Source: Archaeoglobus fulgidus DSM 4304
Lineage (GTDB): Archaea > Halobacteriota > Archaeoglobi > Archaeoglobales > Archaeoglobaceae
Assembly: GCF_000008665.1 (NCBI RefSeq)
Contig: NC_000917.1
Span: 2,130,001-2,162,000, forward strand
Direction: 5' to 3'
DNA: 32,000 nucleotides
This document shows, one piece after another, positions 8,161 through 17,625 of the stretch. The notes beneath the pieces are model-generated. The model searched no databases. It saw only the letters and a list, made by a program, of their open reading frames with translations, and was not told where the DNA came from. The translations under genes were made by a program, and so were the position numbers. The stretch's first letter is position 1. The number at the start of each line of letters is the position of its first letter.

Positions 8161-8377
8161 CCACCGCCACCTTCATCGCCAAACCTCTTCCGATGACAAA
8201 TTTGGTTCCGTTAACCGAAACAAGAACAGCCCCACCTCTCCGCCCGGCAATCCTGATTTTCTTGCCCGGAACTATTCCCATGGACATGAGCCTTGCTGTA
8301 CAGCCCCTGCCCCCGTTAATCGCAACAACTCTGCCTTCCTGGCCTTCTCTGAGCGCCGATAGCGGTACCACTGTCAT
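8141..8377 (-). CDS. feoA: FeoA-domain protein
   Basis: 78 aa with an SH3-like FeoA pattern (PLSALREGQEGRVVAI....RLMSMGIVPGKKIRI). It overlaps the dtxR-like gene by 20 nt. Confidence 0.85.
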   Translation of the reverse strand: MTVVPLSALREGQEGRVVAINGGRGCTARLMSMGIVPGKKIRIAGRRGGAVLVSVNGTKFVIGRGLAMKVAVDVGEQG

Positions 8378-8383
8378 CGTCTC

Positions 8384-8397
8384 TTAGGTTAACCTAA
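8384..8397. promoter_or_regulatory. Perfect 14-bp palindrome TTAGGTTAACCTAA; operator candidate of the feoA-dtxR-feoB operon
   Basis: It lies 7 nt upstream of the feoA ATG (8377) and just downstream of a minus-strand TATA-like TTTAATAA (8401-8408). Its two heptamers equal the outer heptamers of the DtxR/IdeR consensus. A degenerate copy, TTCGGTTGTCCTAA, lies at 8412-8425. Confidence 0.55.
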
Positions 8398-8457
8398 ATG
8401 TTATTAAAGCTTTCGGTTGTCCTAAATTAAAGCTCCGGAATGGCAAAAATTGTAATG

Positions 8458-8467
8458 CTATATAATT
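8458..8467 (+). promoter_or_regulatory. TATA-box candidate for cdhA
   Basis: CTATATAATT lies in the AT-rich divergent spacer, about 115 nt upstream of the cdhA ATG. This implies a leader of roughly 90 nt. Confidence 0.35.
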
Positions 8468-8581
8468 TACTTTTGGTAACAAAAAATTGCGAAAAAGTGT
8501 TATCCTCCGAGAAATTCGGAAATAAATCGAAAAGTTCTTAATTACAGGAAAAAAGAGTAGCCAGAAAAGAGGTGATTTGTA

Positions 8582-10978
8582 ATGGTGCTTGAATTCGGAA
8601 AGGGAGCTTTTGTTGTAGACGACCTAAGGAACGTCACCATAAAAATAGGAGAAATAGCAGAAGAGGAAGAAGAATGGGCTCCAATGGGTCCAACGCCAAT
8701 GCCGGGCATCGCAACCCTTCGCGATTGGGACTTCTTCCTGCTGAAGCGCTACAAGCCCTTCTACGCCCCCGCTTGCGACATGTGCTGCCTCTGTACGATG
8801 GGGAAGTGTGACCTGACGGGGAACAAGAGGGGAGCGTGCGGTATCGATTTGGCTGCTCAAACGGGTAGAATTGTGACCATTGCCTGCTCCATTGGTGTTT
8901 CCGCCCATACTGGCCACGCAAGGCACATGCTCCACGACATTGAGCACATGACGGGCAAGAAGCTTAGCGAGATTCCGGTTGACCTCGGCCCCGAAATTGA
9001 TGAAGTTGCACCGCTCACAGAGCTCATTACGGGAATAAAGCCAAAGACGCTTGAGGATTTGGAAAGGGCTCTGAGGTATGCTGAGGAGCAGATTGTGCAG
9101 GTTGTTGATGCAGTCCACACAGGTCAGGAGGGTAGCTACCTCGATTACGAGAGCAAGGCTCTCCACCTCGGTATGCTCGACTCTCTTGGAAAGGAGATTG
9201 CAGATATAGCCCAGATTTGCGCCTTTGGCTATCCGAAGGGTGAGGACAACCAGCCCCTCATCGAGGTCGGAATGGGTGTAATGGACAGAAGCAAGGCCAT
9301 GATTCTCGTCATCGGTCACCACGCGCCACCTGTGCTGAACATTGCAGACTACATTGAGGAAAATGGACTTGAGGATGAGGTTGACCTCGGCGGTATCTGC
9401 TGCACGGCAAACGACATGACCAGATACTACCAGAAGGCAAAGATTGTCTCGGCATTGGGTAGGCAGCTTAAGGTAATCAGGGCTGGACTGGCTGACGTAA
9501 TAGTTATCGATGAGCAGTGCATAAGGGCGGACATCCTCTACCACACTAAGAAGCTCGGCATCCCGGTAATCTGCACAAACGAGAAGGCGATGCACGCTCT
9601 GCCCGACATGACGAAGGAAGAGCCAAAGAACATCATCAAGTACCTGCTCGATGGCAATCCGGGATGTGTCATCCTCGACCCGCTGAAGGTTGGAGAAGTT
9701 GCGGTTGAGGTTGCGAGGGCGAGGAGGAAGCAGAGAGGAGACGATATTGGGCCGAGACTCACAGAGGAGCAGTTCATGGAGTATGCAAGGGCATGCACGC
9801 AGTGCGGAAACTGTACAATTGCCTGCCCGCAGGGAATCAGAATCGGCGAGGCGATGGAGGCTGCTGAAAACGGAGACAGGAGCAAGCTGGAGAAGGAGTG
9901 GGATGTTTGCATTGCATGCGGAAGGTGTGAACAGGTCTGTCCAAAGGGCATTCCGATCATCGACATGTACAACTACGCAGCATGGAATCTCATCGTGAAC
10001 GAGAAAGGTAAGTTGAGAAGGGGTAGAGGTCCTATAAGGGATTCAGAAATTAGGAATGTTGGTGCTCCGATCGTTCTGGGAACGATTCCGGGAATAATCG
10101 CTGTCATAGGATGTGGAAACTACCCGAACGGAACAAGGGATGCTTACACCATAATGGATGAGTTTGCATCAAGAAACTACATTGTGGTTACAACGGGCTG
10201 TATGGCCTTTGATGCTGCACTCTACAAGGATGAGGAAGGACAGACAGTCTATGAGAAATACCACGACAGGTTCGATGGCGGTGGAGTCGTGCAGATCGGT
10301 AGCTGTGTCGCTAACGCCCACATTCACGGAGCTGCAATCAAGGTTGCGAGAATCTTTGCCAAGAGAAACATCAGGGCCAACTACGAGGAGATTGCAGACT
10401 ACATCCTGAACAGAGTTGGTGCGTGCGGTGTTGCCTGGGGAGCTTACAGCCAGAAAGCTGCATCAATCGCTACAGGCTTCAACAGGCTCGGAATCCCTGC
10501 AGTTGTAGGCCCGCACGGCAGCAAGTACAGAAGAGCTTTCCTTGGCAGACCATATAACGATGAAGACTGGATGGTTTACGATGCAAGGACTGGAGAAAAG
10601 GTCAGAATTGAGCCAGCCCCGCAGGATTTGCTTGTTGCCGCTGAAACCATTGAGGAGGCAATCCCGCTGATGGCAAAGCTCTGCTTCAGGCCGAACGACA
10701 CAACTCAGGGAAGGTCCATCAAGCTGACGCACTACATCGACCTCAGTCTGAAGTACCTCAAGCGCATGCCAGATGACTGGCACCTCTTTGTCAGAACTGA
10801 GGCAGACTTACCACTAGCCAAGAAGGAAGAACTGCTGAAGGAGCTTGAGGACAAGCACGGCTGGAAGATTGACTGGCAGAAGAAGAAGATTGTCGAGGGG
10901 CCAATCAGGGGCTACCATGCTGGCTTCAACCCGACGAACCTTGAGAGATGCCTCAGAGATGGATTCATGACGGTGTGA
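8582..10978 (+). CDS. cdhA: Acetyl-CoA decarbonylase/synthase complex subunit alpha (CO dehydrogenase catalytic subunit)
   Basis: 798 aa. It has the N-terminal Cys cluster ([16 protein letters not shown]), internal 2x[4Fe-4S] ferredoxin motifs ([24 protein letters not shown]), and the C-cluster region. AGAGGTGA lies upstream of the ATG. Confidence 0.95.
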
Positions 10979-10988
10979 GGTGGTGAAA

Positions 10989-11516
10989 ATGGCCAAGGCT
11001 TTGGAACAGCCCTTTGATGTGGCCAACATTCCTGGGCCAAAGATGGCAACTCTGCTTGAGAAGGGGAAGCCGGTTGCAAACATGATAAAGAAGGCAAAGA
11101 GGCCACTGCTCATCGTTGGTCCAGATATGACCGATGAGATGTTTGAGAGAGTAAAGAAATTCGTTGAGAAAGATATCACAGTTGTGGCAACGGGAAGTGC
11201 CATCACGAGGTTCATTGATGCTGGTTTGGGCGAGAAGGTGAACTACGCGGTCCTTCACGAGCTGACGCAGTTCCTGCTCGACCCGGACTGGAAGGGATTT
11301 GACGGGCAGGGCAACTACGACCTCGTGCTCATGCTGGGCAGCATCTACTACCACGGCTCCCAGATGCTTGCAGCGATAAAGAACTTCGCCCCGCACATCA
11401 GAGCTCTCGCTATAGACCGCTACTACCACCCCAATGCTGACATGAGCTTTGGAAACCTCTGGAAGAAGGAAGAGGACTACCTGAAGCTGCTGGACGAAAT
11501 TCTGGCAGAGCTTTAA
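10989..11516 (+). CDS. cdhB: Acetyl-CoA decarbonylase/synthase complex subunit epsilon
   Basis: The ORF reads [46 protein letters not shown]... GAGGTGGTGA lies directly upstream of ATG 10989. The ORF track starts this frame at GTG 10980. Confidence 0.9.
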
Positions 11517-11536
11517 TTTTACTTTTTCTATTTTAT
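11517..11536 (+). terminator. Oligo-T tracts after cdhB
   Basis: TTTTACTTTTTCTATTTTAT lies immediately after the cdhB stop codon. Confidence 0.35.
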
Positions 11537-11585
11537 CGTCGGTTAAAAAAGTGCAACCTTCTATTTCTTGACATTTAAATAAAAA

Positions 11586-11721
11586 TGGGGCCGGTGGGAT
11601 TTGAACCCACGACTGGCGGGTCTCTTCGGGTCAGAGCTCCAACGGGTCATCACCGCTCAGCAGACCCGTCAATCATCACGCCGCTGGAGCCCGCCGCGCT
11701 TCCTGGCTACGCCACGACCCC
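11586..11721 (-). tRNA. tRNA-Trp (anticodon CCA) with a 62-nt intron at the canonical 37/38 position
   Basis: Folded by hand. Acceptor GGGGUCG/CGGCCCC; D arm GCGU-AGCCAGGAA-GCGC; anticodon stem GCGGG/CCCGC with loop CU-CCA-G|intron|A; T arm GUGGG-UUCAAAU-CCCAC; discriminator A. T5 follows the 3' end. A minus-strand TATA-like TTTAATAT at 11745-11752 lies about 27 nt upstream. Confidence 0.9.
11622..11683 (-). ncRNA. Intron-encoded box C/D guide RNA within pre-tRNA-Trp
   Basis: Minus-strand order: box C UGAUGA (11678-11673), a 12-nt guide, D' CUGA (11660-11657), C' UGAUGA (11652-11647), a 12-nt guide, D CUGA (11634-11631). Both guides are complementary to the anticodon arm of the host tRNA. 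Confidence 0.8.
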
Positions 11722-11794
11722 TCGTTAAATGCTTCGCAGATAGGATATTAAATTTTTTGGGATAAGTTCTTTCACCGCAGCCCCAACTACTGAT

Positions 11795-12469
11795 GTGAGG
11801 CTCACGGATGTGAACAGCATAAAGGAGGCTTTGCTCGAAGGGAAGGTTGTCAGAATCTATCATTCGGGAGAAAGAAACCCAAAGATATCCGAAATTCTTG
11901 AGATTGCTAGGAAAAAAGGAGTGCCCATTTACAGGAAGGACGGTGAGAGATTTTCCGCCGAAGTATCTCCAATAAAGTACGCGGACTTTGAATTCATCGT
12001 AAAAAAGGCCTTAACAGGCGGCTCCTTCATTCTCTTCCTCGACAATGTCGTTGATCAGAGGAACATAGGTGCGTGCATAAGGACTGCAGAGTTCTTCGGT
12101 GCTGCAGGAGTTGTTCTGCCGAAGAGAAGGGTTGGCAGCATTCAGGAGGGGGCTGTAAAGGCTTCAGCTGGGGCTGTTTTCCACATCCCCATTGCGAGAG
12201 TGGAGAATTTCGCCTCAGCAATAAAAAAGCTGAAGAAGCTCGGCTTCACGACCTTGGCTGCAGACCTCGATGGAGAGGATCTTGAAGCGGTCTCGCTCCT
12301 TCTTCCGGCAGCAGTGGTCATAGGAGGGGAGGATAGGGGCGTCTCAAGGCCTGTGAAGAAGCAGTGCGATTTCGTGGTGAAAATTCCGGGTGTTGGGAAG
12401 GTTAACAGCCTCAATCTGAGCGTGGCTGCGGGCATATTCCTTTACACCCTCAGCCGACAGAAATATTAA
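11795..12469 (+). CDS. SpoU/TrmH-family RNA 2'-O-methyltransferase (RlmB-like, with an N-terminal L30e-like substrate-binding domain)
   Basis: 224 aa with motifs NIGACIRTAEFFG, VIGGEDRGVS and VNSLNLSVAAGIFLY. It has a GTG start. Confidence 0.85.
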   Translation: MRLTDVNSIKEALLEGKVVRIYHSGERNPKISEILEIARKKGVPIYRKDGERFSAEVSPIKYADFEFIVKKALTGGSFILFLDNVVDQRNIGACIRTAEFFGAAGVVLPKRRVGSIQEGAVKASAGAVFHIPIARVENFASAIKKLKKLGFTTLAADLDGEDLEAVSLLLPAAVVIGGEDRGVSRPVKKQCDFVVKIPGVGKVNSLNLSVAAGIFLYTLSRQKY

Positions 12470-12491
12470 TACCCTTGCCAAATACTGTCCA

Positions 12492-15002
12492 ATGCTGAAA
12501 AAAATTGCAGGATTAGCCCTAATCATAATTTCAGTTTCACTGCTGTCGAGCTTCATCTCATCACTCGATTTCAGCAAAACCGGTTTTGAGGGGCTAATCG
12601 GCAAAGGGGATTTCGGAGGCGGGAATTCTGCGGGAGTGCAGTATCCTCAGTACTCAACCACCCAGGGGGAAGTTTTCGGAGGTGAAGGTAGCGGAGGGGG
12701 CTTTGCAAGTCTTAGCGACAGCTCAAGCACGTTCAACCCTCCCAACGTTCCGCTCTTCTTTGTGGAGGGGCTGAATCCCGAAACAAACTACCTCAGGCTG
12801 TACACCGCGACTAGGTACGAGAACGGGAAGTGGGTTGAAGATAAAGGAGATTGCAGCCAGGAATCGATACCAATAGCAAGGAAATTCAAGCTCACGCCCA
12901 TCGTCGAACTGAACCGCTACCTTCCCGTCTCAAAAGACACGAAAGGGATACTCCCGGTCGGTGAGAACATAGAAAGGTGCTACAACGCCGCAACCGGAAC
13001 CTTCAGGATTAACGCTACCAGGTCTCCTTATTACGGCTTCACGACTGCAAAGAGCTTTAAGCCAACAAGCTTTATGGGAACTGCAAGCTACCCCGATCCC
13101 GAAATACGCGCTCTGGCGGAGAAAATTACCGCCAACGCCACATCCGACCTCGAGAAGGTAAAGGCCATAGAGAGCTATCTCAAAAACAACTACATAAACA
13201 CGTACGTCGAGAGAACCGACGTTAAAGAGTTTCTTTTCAAAACGAAAAGGGGCACTGCAAGAGAATTTGCCACCGCCTTTGTGCTCCTCGCCCAGTCGAT
13301 AGGAATTCCCGCAAGGGCAGTATTCGGCTATCTTGCAGACCCTGTCGAGACCAATCAGACCATTTTCGCCAGCGATGCCTACGTCTGGGCGGAGGTGAGG
13401 TTCAAGGAAGGCTGGATGGAGTTCGACCCCGCTCCCGAGGGGAGGGGGATTAACACTACAACCGCCATAACATACATTGACTCGAAGCTCGTGGCGGGGG
13501 AGAACTTTACCGTCAGAGGTTACGTTGAGGACGAATTCGGCAATGATGTTTCGGGATACGTTGAGATTTTCCTCAAAAAGGACAAAAAGAGCAGAGAGGG
13601 AATCCTTGCCGGAGTTGTGCCCGTTAAAAACGGCAAGTTTGAGGCCGTGCTAAAGGTGCCGGAGGTAACGGGGAGGTACAGCGTTCAGGCTCACTTCACG
13701 GGCACGCTCTACCACATGGAATCGTGGAGCGACCCGGAGGTTGAAATTTACTACCGTCCGACCTTCAACGTAACTCTGCCCAGCAGAGTTCCAGAATGGT
13801 TCACTCTTTCGGGAAAACTTGAATCATCGCCTCCATTCAGCGGGCAGATACACCTCTGCGTTGATGGTAGCTGCAGAAAGATTGAAGTCGTTAACGGTAA
13901 TTTCAGAGAAGAGCTCTCATTGGCAAAGGGGAAGCACGAGATTGCGCTGATTTTCAAAGGAATGGGGTATCTTCTTCCTGCGGAGTTCAGGAAGGAAGTT
14001 GAAGCTGGAGAGGTGAGCGTTGCGATAAATGAGGCCGTTGGGGAAGGAGAGGATGTTACAGGGGTGGTTTACTTCAATGGCCAGCCGGTAAACGCAACGG
14101 TAAGGATAGGAAACGTTACGGTTAAAGCTGTAAACGGCAACTTCTCTGCTAAATTGCCCCTTAATCTCGGAAAGAACGAGCTGAAAGTAGAGATTCCGGA
14201 TTTGCTATACTCGGAAACGAAAATCGTTTACATGAAGGAACCTGTAGAAATAAAGGCTCAGAAGGTTGACGGAAAGCTGAGAGTCATCGTTCTCGATAAA
14301 GATGGAAATCCAGCCGATGGATTCGTCGAGGTTGACGGTGTGAAGAAGGAGCTCTTGAACGGCATGGCCGAGTTTGAGGTTGAGAATCCAAAGCTCATAG
14401 TTTACTCAGGCAGCGAGAGGTACTTCCCGGCCATAAAGGAATTCTCGTCTGTCACACCTTTTATTCTCATTCCCGTTGCGGTCGCTGCCATCAGCGTTGG
14501 TGCACTCCTCGCTTACCGCATGCTCTTCAGAGTTGAGAAAATAGATTTTTTCGTTGAGAAGGAGCATCCTGAGCTTCCTAACATCTGGGATGTTGGGGAA
14601 ACCGTGAAGATCAGGCTGAGCGAGCCGGCGTTTGTCAGATACGACGGCTTCGAGGAGTTCACGGACACCATAACGCTTACACCCGAAAAGTACGGGACGG
14701 TGAGGGTTCAGGCTTTCAGGGAGGACGGCAGGAAGAGGAAGAGGGGTGAGATTGAGATTAAAGTGGCTCCCTACTCGAATGGAATTGCTGAAATCGTCAG
14801 AAAGATTGATGAAATCGGCAGAAAAAGGCTGGGCAGGGTTGAGAGCATGACTGCGAGGGAGGTTATGGAGAAGCTCGGCGTAAGGGCTGAAGTCCTGCTG
14901 AACTACTTTGAGAGGGGCGTTTACGGTGGGGAAGAGTACACGAGAAGGGATTTTCTTGAGGCTTTTTACGACTACTTGAGGGTGGTTGGCGATGAGGCTT
15001 AA
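12492..15002 (+). CDS. Large membrane-anchored transglutaminase-like protein (Ig-like repeats, TM helix, DUF4129-like C-terminal domain)
   Basis: 836 aa with an N-terminal signal/anchor. The TGase-like core reads [28 protein letters not shown]...DAYVWAEV...GWMEFDPAP. Beta-rich repeats follow, then a TM helix ([19 protein letters not shown]) and a cytoplasmic tail. Confidence 0.8.
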
Positions 15003-16038
15003 CAAGCTTATTTCCGGTCTCGGTTTAGCATTTGCAATTTACTTCTTCCTGCTGAATCAGGAGAGGTTATTCGGAGAAGTTTTCGTGGTTGCAGACGAAA
15101 TGCAGAGAGCTGCTCTGCTGACTTTAATAGTTGCTTACTCAGCCCTCGCTTCAGTTGAGAGGCTAAATCCTTTCAGACTGGTTTTAGTCCCTTTCATCCT
15201 GATTGTTTCCTCAGACATTACCTTTAACTCCCTGCTTTCTCACGGATACCCGCAGTACTTCGTCGTTTACCAGAGCGTGAGAGGGTATATAGCAATCTTC
15301 TCCGGGTCGTTCGCCTTCTCTTACATCAGATTTACCGACAAGCCCCTCTACCAGTCTTTAATCTCCGCAACATCTCTTGGTATTGCTGGTTTGTCCTCCT
15401 ACTACCTTTTCTCGTACCTTTCCGAGGTTTTTGGGCTGCCGTCTCTCGCCCTCCCCTCTCTCGCCCTCTTCCTGATTCTTGCCGTTACGGCACTCTCAAC
15501 AGCCTTTGAAGGTGAGGTTTTCCAGTGGATAAGGTCGGAGAGGACTTTTCTCATGCTGGTTCTCTTCATCCTCACTTTTTACACCCTCGCAATCAAGCCT
15601 CAGCTCTCTGAAAGACCGGGGATTGCTGACTTCATCGAGTGGTCGATAGTTGCTCTGACCTTCATCAAGATTTCAAGGGACTTCAGAAGGAGTGTTGAGG
15701 TCGACGAAAGGGAGTTCATAGCCTCCCACGTTCCTAAGGAAAGGGTATTCAGGGACAGGCTTTACTCCGAGCTGGAATTCGGTGAGAAAGCTTTCGTGGA
15801 AGGGGGATCAAAAGTTCCTCTCACAATTGCCCTTGTTAGAGCGCTCTCGAACGTTGAGGCTCCAAAGCTTGCGGCCATACTCGCTCCTCTGATTAGCTAC
15901 GAGGATGAGAAGCTTCCCGCCCTCTCATTCCCCTGGGAGAGGAGGATAATCGAGAGCAGAAACAGAAGGAGAAGGGAGAAGGTTGTAGAGAGAATCAGAG
16001 CGGAGGTCATGAGGGAGGTAAAAGATTTTAACCGCTGA
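14992..16038 (+). CDS. Polytopic membrane protein of unknown function with a charged C-terminal domain
   Basis: ATG 14992 overlaps the upstream stop codon region and is preceded by GAGGGTGG. The protein has about 7 hydrophobic helices followed by ~130 aa of soluble sequence ending in an RRRREK-rich helix. Confidence 0.6.
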
Positions 16039-16052
16039 TTTCTACTTTTCAG

Positions 16053-17606
16053 GTGTTTGAGCTTGCCAAAGAGATTGCCGAGAATGCAAGAAGCAAGGAG
16101 GAAGTTCTCAGGATAAAGAGGTTATTCGCCAGAAGGCACGGCCTCTCCACCATACCGTCGGACGCCGAGATACTCAGGGCTGCGAAAGGGACGGAGCTCT
16201 ACGGAAAATTGAGGGAGATTCTGAGAGTTAAGCCCGTCAGAACCATCAGCGGTGTTGCTGTGGTGGCTGTAATGACGTCTCCAGCACCCTGTCCCCACGG
16301 CAAGTGCCTTCCGTGCCCCGGTGGTGTGGAGAAGAACACACCGCAGAGCTACGTCGGCCTTGAGCCTGCGGCGATGAGGGGGAGGCAGCACGGCTACGAT
16401 GCATTTAAGCAGGTCACTGCAAGACTTAGGGAGCTTGAGAGCATAGGCCACGACGTTAGCAAGGTTGAGATAATCGTGATGGGCGGAACCTTTCCCGCGA
16501 GAGACGCTGATTACAAGGAAAAATTCATGCTGGGTATTTTCAACGCTCTCAACAGCTTTAACAGCAACACCAAACCCGAAAATGACCTGGAAAGGGCGAA
16601 GAGGAAGAATGAGAGGGCCAAGGCGAGGTGCGTTGGGATAACATTCGAGACCCGGCCGGATTATGCGAGAGAGGAGCACATAAGGGAGATGCTGAGGTTC
16701 GGCGGTACAAAGGTTGAGCTGGGCGTTCAGAGCCTTTACGATGACGTGCTGGAGAGAATAAAGAGGGGACACGGGGTTAAGGAAGTTGCGGAGGCAACGA
16801 GACTGCTCAGGGACTCAGCCTTTAAGGTCGGCTACCACATCATGCCCGGACTTCCGGGGTCGAGCTTTGAAAGAGACCTGAGAATGTTCAGAGAGCTTTT
16901 CGAGAACGATAGCTTCAAGCCGGATTACCTCAAAATTTACCCTACTCTTGTCGTTGAGGGGACGGAGCTTTACGAGATGTGGAAGAGAGGGGAGTATGAG
17001 CCATACACAACTGAAGAGGTGGTGGAGCTAATCGTAATGGCAAAGCGTCGCTTTCCCGAGTGGGTGAGGGTTCAGAGGATTCAGCGCGACATTCCCGTTA
17101 AGGCGGCAATAGGCTTGGACAAGGGCAACATCAGGCAGCTTGTCCACAGAAGGCTGAAGGAGATGGGATACAGCTGCAGGTGCATTCGCTGCAGGGAGGT
17201 TGGACACAAAGGGGTGAGGCCCGAGGAGTACTCCAAAGCCGAGCTTGTTGTAAGAGAGTACGTTGCATCCGAAGGTAGGGAGTTCTTCATATCCTTCGAA
17301 ATACCCGAGTACGATGCGCTTGTCGGCTTTGTGAGGCTGAGGTTTCCCAAAGAGCCTTTTATCGAGGTGTTGAGAGATGCTGCTCTAATTAGGGAGCTTC
17401 ACGTTTACGGCAGGGCTGTGCCGATTGGGCAGAGCAGCGACGCCTTCCAGCACAGGGGGTTTGGTGAGAGGCTGCTGAAAGAGGCTGAGGAGATTGCGAA
17501 GGAAGAATACGACAGAATTGCGGTAATCAGCGGTGTGGGTGTGAGGGATTACTACAGAAAACTTGGCTACAGGCTCAGACAAGGATACATGGTCAAGAAA
17601 CTGTAG
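16053..17606 (+). CDS. elp3: Elp3-type radical SAM/GNAT enzyme (tRNA U34 carboxymethylation; archaeal Elp3)
   Basis: 517 aa. It has RTISGVAVVAVMTSPAPCPHGKCLPCPGG, a radical SAM core, and a C-terminal GNAT domain (HRGFGERLLKEAEEIA). Confidence 0.9.
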   Translation: MFELAKEIAENARSKEEVLRIKRLFARRHGLSTIPSDAEILRAAKGTELYGKLREILRVKPVRTISGVAVVAVMTSPAPCPHGKCLPCPGGVEKNTPQSYVGLEPAAMRGRQHGYDAFKQVTARLRELESIGHDVSKVEIIVMGGTFPARDADYKEKFMLGIFNALNSFNSNTKPENDLERAKRKNERAKARCVGITFETRPDYAREEHIREMLRFGGTKVELGVQSLYDDVLERIKRGHGVKEVAEATRLLRDSAFKVGYHIMPGLPGSSFERDLRMFRELFENDSFKPDYLKIYPTLVVEGTELYEMWKRGEYEPYTTEEVVELIVMAKRRFPEWVRVQRIQRDIPVKAAIGLDKGNIRQLVHRRLKEMGYSCRCIRCREVGHKGVRPEEYSKAELVVREYVASEGREFFISFEIPEYDALVGFVRLRFPKEPFIEVLRDAALIRELHVYGRAVPIGQSSDAFQHRGFGERLLKEAEEIAKEEYDRIAVISGVGVRDYYRKLGYRLRQGYMVKKL

Positions 17607-17625
17607 CTATTCGAGAAGTGTCACC

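Noticed and set aside
8624-9595. A 323-aa ORF antisense to cdhA
   Set aside because: It lies entirely inside the strongly supported cdhA gene. It has no recognisable motifs, its composition mirrors the sense codons, and it has no promoter or SD context. This is a typical shadow ORF opposite a codon-biased gene.
11586-11721. tRNA-Trp as an integration site of a mobile element
   Set aside because: I did not see a second copy of the tRNA 3' segment (GGGATTTGAACCCAC or its complement) elsewhere in the window. No integrase gene is nearby. This cannot be fully excluded without a computational repeat search.
11586-17606. A 'tRNA modification island' (tRNA-Trp with C/D intron, SpoU 2'-O-methyltransferase, Elp3)
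   Set aside because: The theme is attractive, but the SpoU protein looks RlmB-like (rRNA type), and the tRNA is on the opposite strand with its own promoter. Two unrelated membrane/surface genes separate SpoU from Elp3. Nothing in the sequence points to a functional link.
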